Shown piece by piece: positions 55,619 through 59,080 of a DNA stretch of 59,080 nt. Where the stretch lies: assembly GCA_964455745.1 (NCBI GenBank), contig CAYWBK010000001.1, forward strand, positions 1 to 59,080, read 5' to 3'. Each line of letters opens with the position of its first letter. Positions within the stretch are counted from its first letter, which is position 1. The position numbers were made by a program, and so were the translations under genes. The notes beneath the pieces are model-generated. The model was not told where the DNA came from. It made no database searches and saw nothing but the letters and a program-made list of their open reading frames with translations. This DNA is from an uncultured Armatimonadia bacterium. Lineage in GTDB: Bacteria > Armatimonadota > Zipacnadia > Zipacnadales > CAYWBK01.

Positions 55619-58600
55619 ACCGACCAGCCACTGCTTTCGTGCTCCTACTTGCCGCCGCGGTACCAGCGCTTGCGGGAGCCAGCAGCTCGCTCGGCGTCTC
55701 AGCCCCCGGCCTCACCGTTTGCGTCTCCCCGAACGGCGACGTCATGGCCCGGCGCATCGGCCCCAAAGGCTTCATCCGTGAGGTACGTCTTTCCAGCGCT
55801 CTCACGAAGTGCAGACCGGACGGTGAAGCGCGGGTCGTCGCAGTTGGGGACCGCGTCGACGTCTCGCAGGCGTGGGTGCAGGCCGAGACGGACCGGCGGT
55901 GCGTGCTGATCCAGCGTTTCTCCCCCACTCCGAGCAGCATCCGGTGGGAGATCGAGGTGCTGGGCGATGGCGCGCCGTGGACTGCGCCCATCGAGACGCG
56001 AATGCAGTGGCCGGCAGCGGGGACGGCCACCTTCTGGACCGCATGGGGCAGCAGCAAGCCCTCGCAGCCGGGGTGGACCGACCCGCTGGCGCCGGTGCCG
56101 TTCGATGATCTGAACCTCACCTACGGCGGCGTGGATTTCGCCCGCCCCGACTCGTACTCCATCCCCCTCGCCACAGTGCTCGACCCCCAGAGCGACACCG
56201 GGCTGAGCCTGGCGCTGTCGCCCGAGGACCTGAGCCTCGACACGACGCTGACCACGACGTGCGGCGGGGAGATCGTCTTCTCCCGCGCGAACCGGCGGAT
56301 CAGCGCCAGATCGCCGGTGCGGTTCGCGATGGACCTGGTGCCCCACCGGGCCGACTGGCGCGAGGCGCTGGGGTGGATGGTCGCGCGCTACCCGGCCTAT
56401 TTCGACCCGCCGAATCCGAGAGCGGATGATGTCGCCGGGTGCGGCGCGTATTCGGCTTATGAGGGCGAACTGGATGTGAAGAAGCTCACCCGGATGGCGT
56501 TCTCGGCGAACTGGAAGGCGAGCTTCGACTTCCCACACATGGGGATGTACTTGCCGCCTGTGGGCGGCCCGCTGGTGGGCGACACGGTGGAATGGCAGCG
56601 GTTCGGCGGGGGCAAGACGACGATCCGGCGCATGGCCGAGTATTCGCGGCAGATGCGTGCGGCGGGCTTCCATGTGCTCAACTACTTCAACGTGACCGAA
56701 TACGGCGCGGGGGTGCAGTTCCCGCCGCCGCCGAGAAAGGCGAAAAGCGACGCCGATCTGTGGCGGGATGCGAACGACTTCTTGTGGTACGCCATCCCGG
56801 ATGCAGTACTGTACGATGCGGTGGGGCGGCCGTACGGGTCGTGGGAGGGCGCTGTCGCCACCGATTGCGCCGGGCCGAAGTATCAGGCGTTCTTGCTGGA
56901 TCAGGCGCGGCGGCATGTGCGGGAGTTGCCCGAAAGCTCGGGCATCTGCATCGACCGGCTCGACTGGACGCGGCTGTACAACCCGCGCGCCGATGACGGA
57001 GCGAGCTGGATCAACGGCAAGCCTGCGAGGTCGCTCATCGTCTCGTGGCAGGACACGCTGGGCAAGTTAGGGCCGATCATGCACGCGGGGGGCAAGGTCA
57101 TCTACGTGAACCCGCTCAACCGGCGGCTGGAGCTTCTGCGGCAGGTGGACGGCCTCTACGACGAGATGGGCGGGATGCCGCACAGCGTCAACCTGTGCGC
57201 GCTGATGGGGGTGCGCAAGCCGGTGATGGAGTGGACCGGGAGCGTGGCCGACCTGCAGCCGAACCCCGACCCGGTATTCCAGCGCTGCCTGTATATGGGC
57301 GTCTTCCCCACCGTGCCTTTCCCGGCGAACGATCACACGATCAACCCCGACGCATGGGCCGAGGGGTATTACCTACAATACGGGCCGCTCCTGGACGCCC
57401 TGCGCGGGCGGAAGTGGGTGCTGAGGCCGCACGCGATCGAGGTCGAGGGCGCGGCGGCCAAGGCGAACCTGTTCGAGGTTCCCGGCGGGTATGTCGTGCC
57501 GGTGACTTTCGGCGGGGATCGGCCCAGCGCGACGGTCGTGCTGCGCGGACTGCCGCGCCTTGAGGGCCAGCGTGAATGGCGCGTCGAGGTCTGCCAACCG
57601 GGGGGCCGGTGGCGATGGTTGCCCTCTGTGGCGGCTGGGGGCTTGATCCGCCTGGAGGCGCCGCTGCGAAGGGGATGCGCGATGGTGAGACTGTCGCACA
57701 CATGGATGCTGCCGAAAGACCGCTGCTTCACCGGCGAGGCGGCGCTGAAAGCCGGAACCCTGATTGCCGGCGCGACCTTGCGTTACACGCTGGACGGCAG
57801 CGAGCCGACAGGGACATCGCCAGTGTATGCCAGGCAGATCAAGCTGCGGGCAACGACGATGGTGAGGCTCGCAGTCTTTCGTGATGGTCAACGGCTGGGG
57901 CGCGCGCTGTCGACCAAGTATGTGAAGACCGCACCGTCCGCTCCGACGATCACACCCCCGCGAGCGGTGTTCGGGCGCGAAGTCACCGCACGGCTGGACG
58001 CGCCGTTGGAGAGACGCGGGGCTTGTATTCGATACACGCTCGACGGGAGCGACCCGACGGCAGCCTCGTCGCAGTACACCAGCCCGCTGAAGCTGACTGA
58101 GACCACCACCGTCAAGGCGCGGGTATGGGTGCCGGGTGCTGGATTCGGGCCGGTGCAGACCGCCATCTTCGCCAAGACCCCGCCGCCGCCACCGCCGGCC
58201 GATGTGTCAATCGGCGATCTGCAGCCGCTGGTGTCGACTGTTGGCTGGGGCGGATACGCCAAGCGGCACCGCTCGATTGAGGGGCGGCCCCTGTCGATTG
58301 CCGGACGCGCATACGCCAAGGGCATGGGGGTCAGCGCGATCTCGGAGCTGGTGTACGACCTCAAGCCGGAGTACAAGGCCTTCGCCGCCGCCGCCGGGCT
58401 TGATGATGAAATGCGGGACTGGACGCTCGGCAGTATCACCTACCAGGTGTTCGTCGACGGCAAACTACTGCACGAAAGCCCGGTGCTGCGGCAGGGCGAG
58501 GCATGGTTTATCAACGTGCCGATCCCGCCGGGCAGCAAGCAGATACGGCTCGTGGTCGGCGATGCGGGTGATGGCATCAACTGCGACCACGGCGACTGGG

Positions 58601-58626
58601 GAGACGCGGGGTTTCTGGTGAGGTGA
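55615..58626 (+). CDS. Secreted multidomain glycoside-hydrolase-like protein with two chitobiase/hexosaminidase-C-like domains and a C-terminal NPCBM domain
   Basis: Signal peptide. GATLRYTLDGSEPT and ACIRYTLDGSDPT repeats. C-terminal LSIAGRAYAKGMGV..ITYQVFVDGKLL..GDAGDGINCDHGDWGDAGF. Confidence 0.8.
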   Translation: MNRPATAFVLLLAAAVPALAGASSSLGVSAPGLTVCVSPNGDVMARRIGPKGFIREVRLSSALTKCRPDGEARVVAVGDRVDVSQAWVQAETDRRCVLIQRFSPTPSSIRWEIEVLGDGAPWTAPIETRMQWPAAGTATFWTAWGSSKPSQPGWTDPLAPVPFDDLNLTYGGVDFARPDSYSIPLATVLDPQSDTGLSLALSPEDLSLDTTLTTTCGGEIVFSRANRRISARSPVRFAMDLVPHRADWREALGWMVARYPAYFDPPNPRADDVAGCGAYSAYEGELDVKKLTRMAFSANWKASFDFPHMGMYLPPVGGPLVGDTVEWQRFGGGKTTIRRMAEYSRQMRAAGFHVLNYFNVTEYGAGVQFPPPPRKAKSDADLWRDANDFLWYAIPDAVLYDAVGRPYGSWEGAVATDCAGPKYQAFLLDQARRHVRELPESSGICIDRLDWTRLYNPRADDGASWINGKPARSLIVSWQDTLGKLGPIMHAGGKVIYVNPLNRRLELLRQVDGLYDEMGGMPHSVNLCALMGVRKPVMEWTGSVADLQPNPDPVFQRCLYMGVFPTVPFPANDHTINPDAWAEGYYLQYGPLLDALRGRKWVLRPHAIEVEGAAAKANLFEVPGGYVVPVTFGGDRPSATVVLRGLPRLEGQREWRVEVCQPGGRWRWLPSVAAGGLIRLEAPLRRGCAMVRLSHTWMLPKDRCFTGEAALKAGTLIAGATLRYTLDGSEPTGTSPVYARQIKLRATTMVRLAVFRDGQRLGRALSTKYVKTAPSAPTITPPRAVFGREVTARLDAPLERRGACIRYTLDGSDPTAASSQYTSPLKLTETTTVKARVWVPGAGFGPVQTAIFAKTPPPPPPADVSIGDLQPLVSTVGWGGYAKRHRSIEGRPLSIAGRAYAKGMGVSAISELVYDLKPEYKAFAAAAGLDDEMRDWTLGSITYQVFVDGKLLHESPVLRQGEAWFINVPIPPGSKQIRLVVGDAGDGINCDHGDWGDAGFLVR

Positions 58627-58742
58627 GGCGACGCGCTCACAGTGGTGACGCCAACCGATGCGGGATGCCGTTGACGGGGTCCGGAGGCCTGTCCCTCCTC
58701 GACGGCACACGCCGTTGACGTTCTCCCCTCTCCACTTGTACC

Positions 58743-58937
58743 TGTTTAGCGACTTCTTCCCTTGGACCATGTGGCAGCGCGATTCATCGCGCTAAATGCG
58801 GGGCGAACTGCCATCCTCGTATCACGCCATCGGCTGCGGGTAAGCATTTGGTCGAAGTAGAAGCGCAGGTAGCTATACGATGTGATCCGCGCGATGAATC
58901 GCGCTGCCACATGGTCTGAGAGAGGTGCCGCTAAACA
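58743..58937. repeat. REP doublet / MITE-like element with 28-bp perfect inverted repeats
   Basis: gaccatgtggcagcgcgattcatcgcgc (58765-58792) pairs with gcgcgatgaatcgcgctgccacatggtc (58889-58916). Outer tgtttagcg / cgctaaaca. Each arm holds its own 7-bp hairpin. Confidence 0.75.
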
Positions 58938-59080
58938 CATACCCCCGCTTGCGGAGAGGGGGCGGGGGGTGAGGCGCCGTTGCGCCACGCGCAGCCTGGA
59001 GCCGGCTCGAAGGGGAACATCTAGCGCCCGTCAGCCGTTCGTGATAGATGGAAGCGCCACACACGCGCTCGCCGATCATT

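Noticed and set aside
58873-59079. 68-aa minus-strand ORF starting at the window end (MIGERVCGASIYHERL...).
   Set aside because: It runs straight through REP-like repeat sequence and has no recognisable motif. It cannot be supported from this window.

Overview
High-GC bacterial chromosomal segment, densely coding on both strands. I found no rRNA, tRNA, CRISPR array, transposase or integrase. All family calls come from motif recognition by eye; no searches were run.

Lineage hint: the pseudopilin leader [33 protein letters not shown] suggests an Armatimonadota/PVC-like organism. This is uncertain.

Gene content:
- Secreted carbohydrate-active and esterase genes dominate: GH43, GH36-like, GH42/5-like, GH50-like, two DUF4091/GH123-like, DUF4838, an NPCBM-bearing enzyme, a sulfatase-like protein, an SGNH hydrolase, two alpha/beta hydrolases and two Gfo/Idh/MocA oxidoreductases.
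- Housekeeping genes include phosphofructokinase, cysK, ada, comM/yifB and an M42 peptidase.
- A split archaeal-type glutamate-synthase-like operon is led by an HdrB-HdrC fusion gene.

Most unusual items:
1. A RelE/ParE-fold ORF is translationally coupled to a minimal Shedu-type (DUF4263) nuclease.
2. An orphan protein carries a HEPN-like Rx4H motif.
3. A four-helix-bundle (rRNA-IVS-type) gene sits inside the glt-like operon, bracketed by inverted heptad-repeat arms. Solo arms of the same family abut stop or start codons elsewhere.
4. A tandem ~1.4-kb duplication has chimeric glycosidase/comM junctions, and each unit carries a diverged DUF1559 pseudopilin gene behind a conserved ~450-nt leader.
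5. A small protein with three Cys knuckles lies next to tandem palindromic boxes.
6. A REP-like repeat is inserted in frame in a CDS.
7. Two genes are broken by single-base deficits in G/C homopolymers, which may be assembly errors.

Several REP-like hairpin families fill the intergenic regions. GTGA start/stop overlaps recur.
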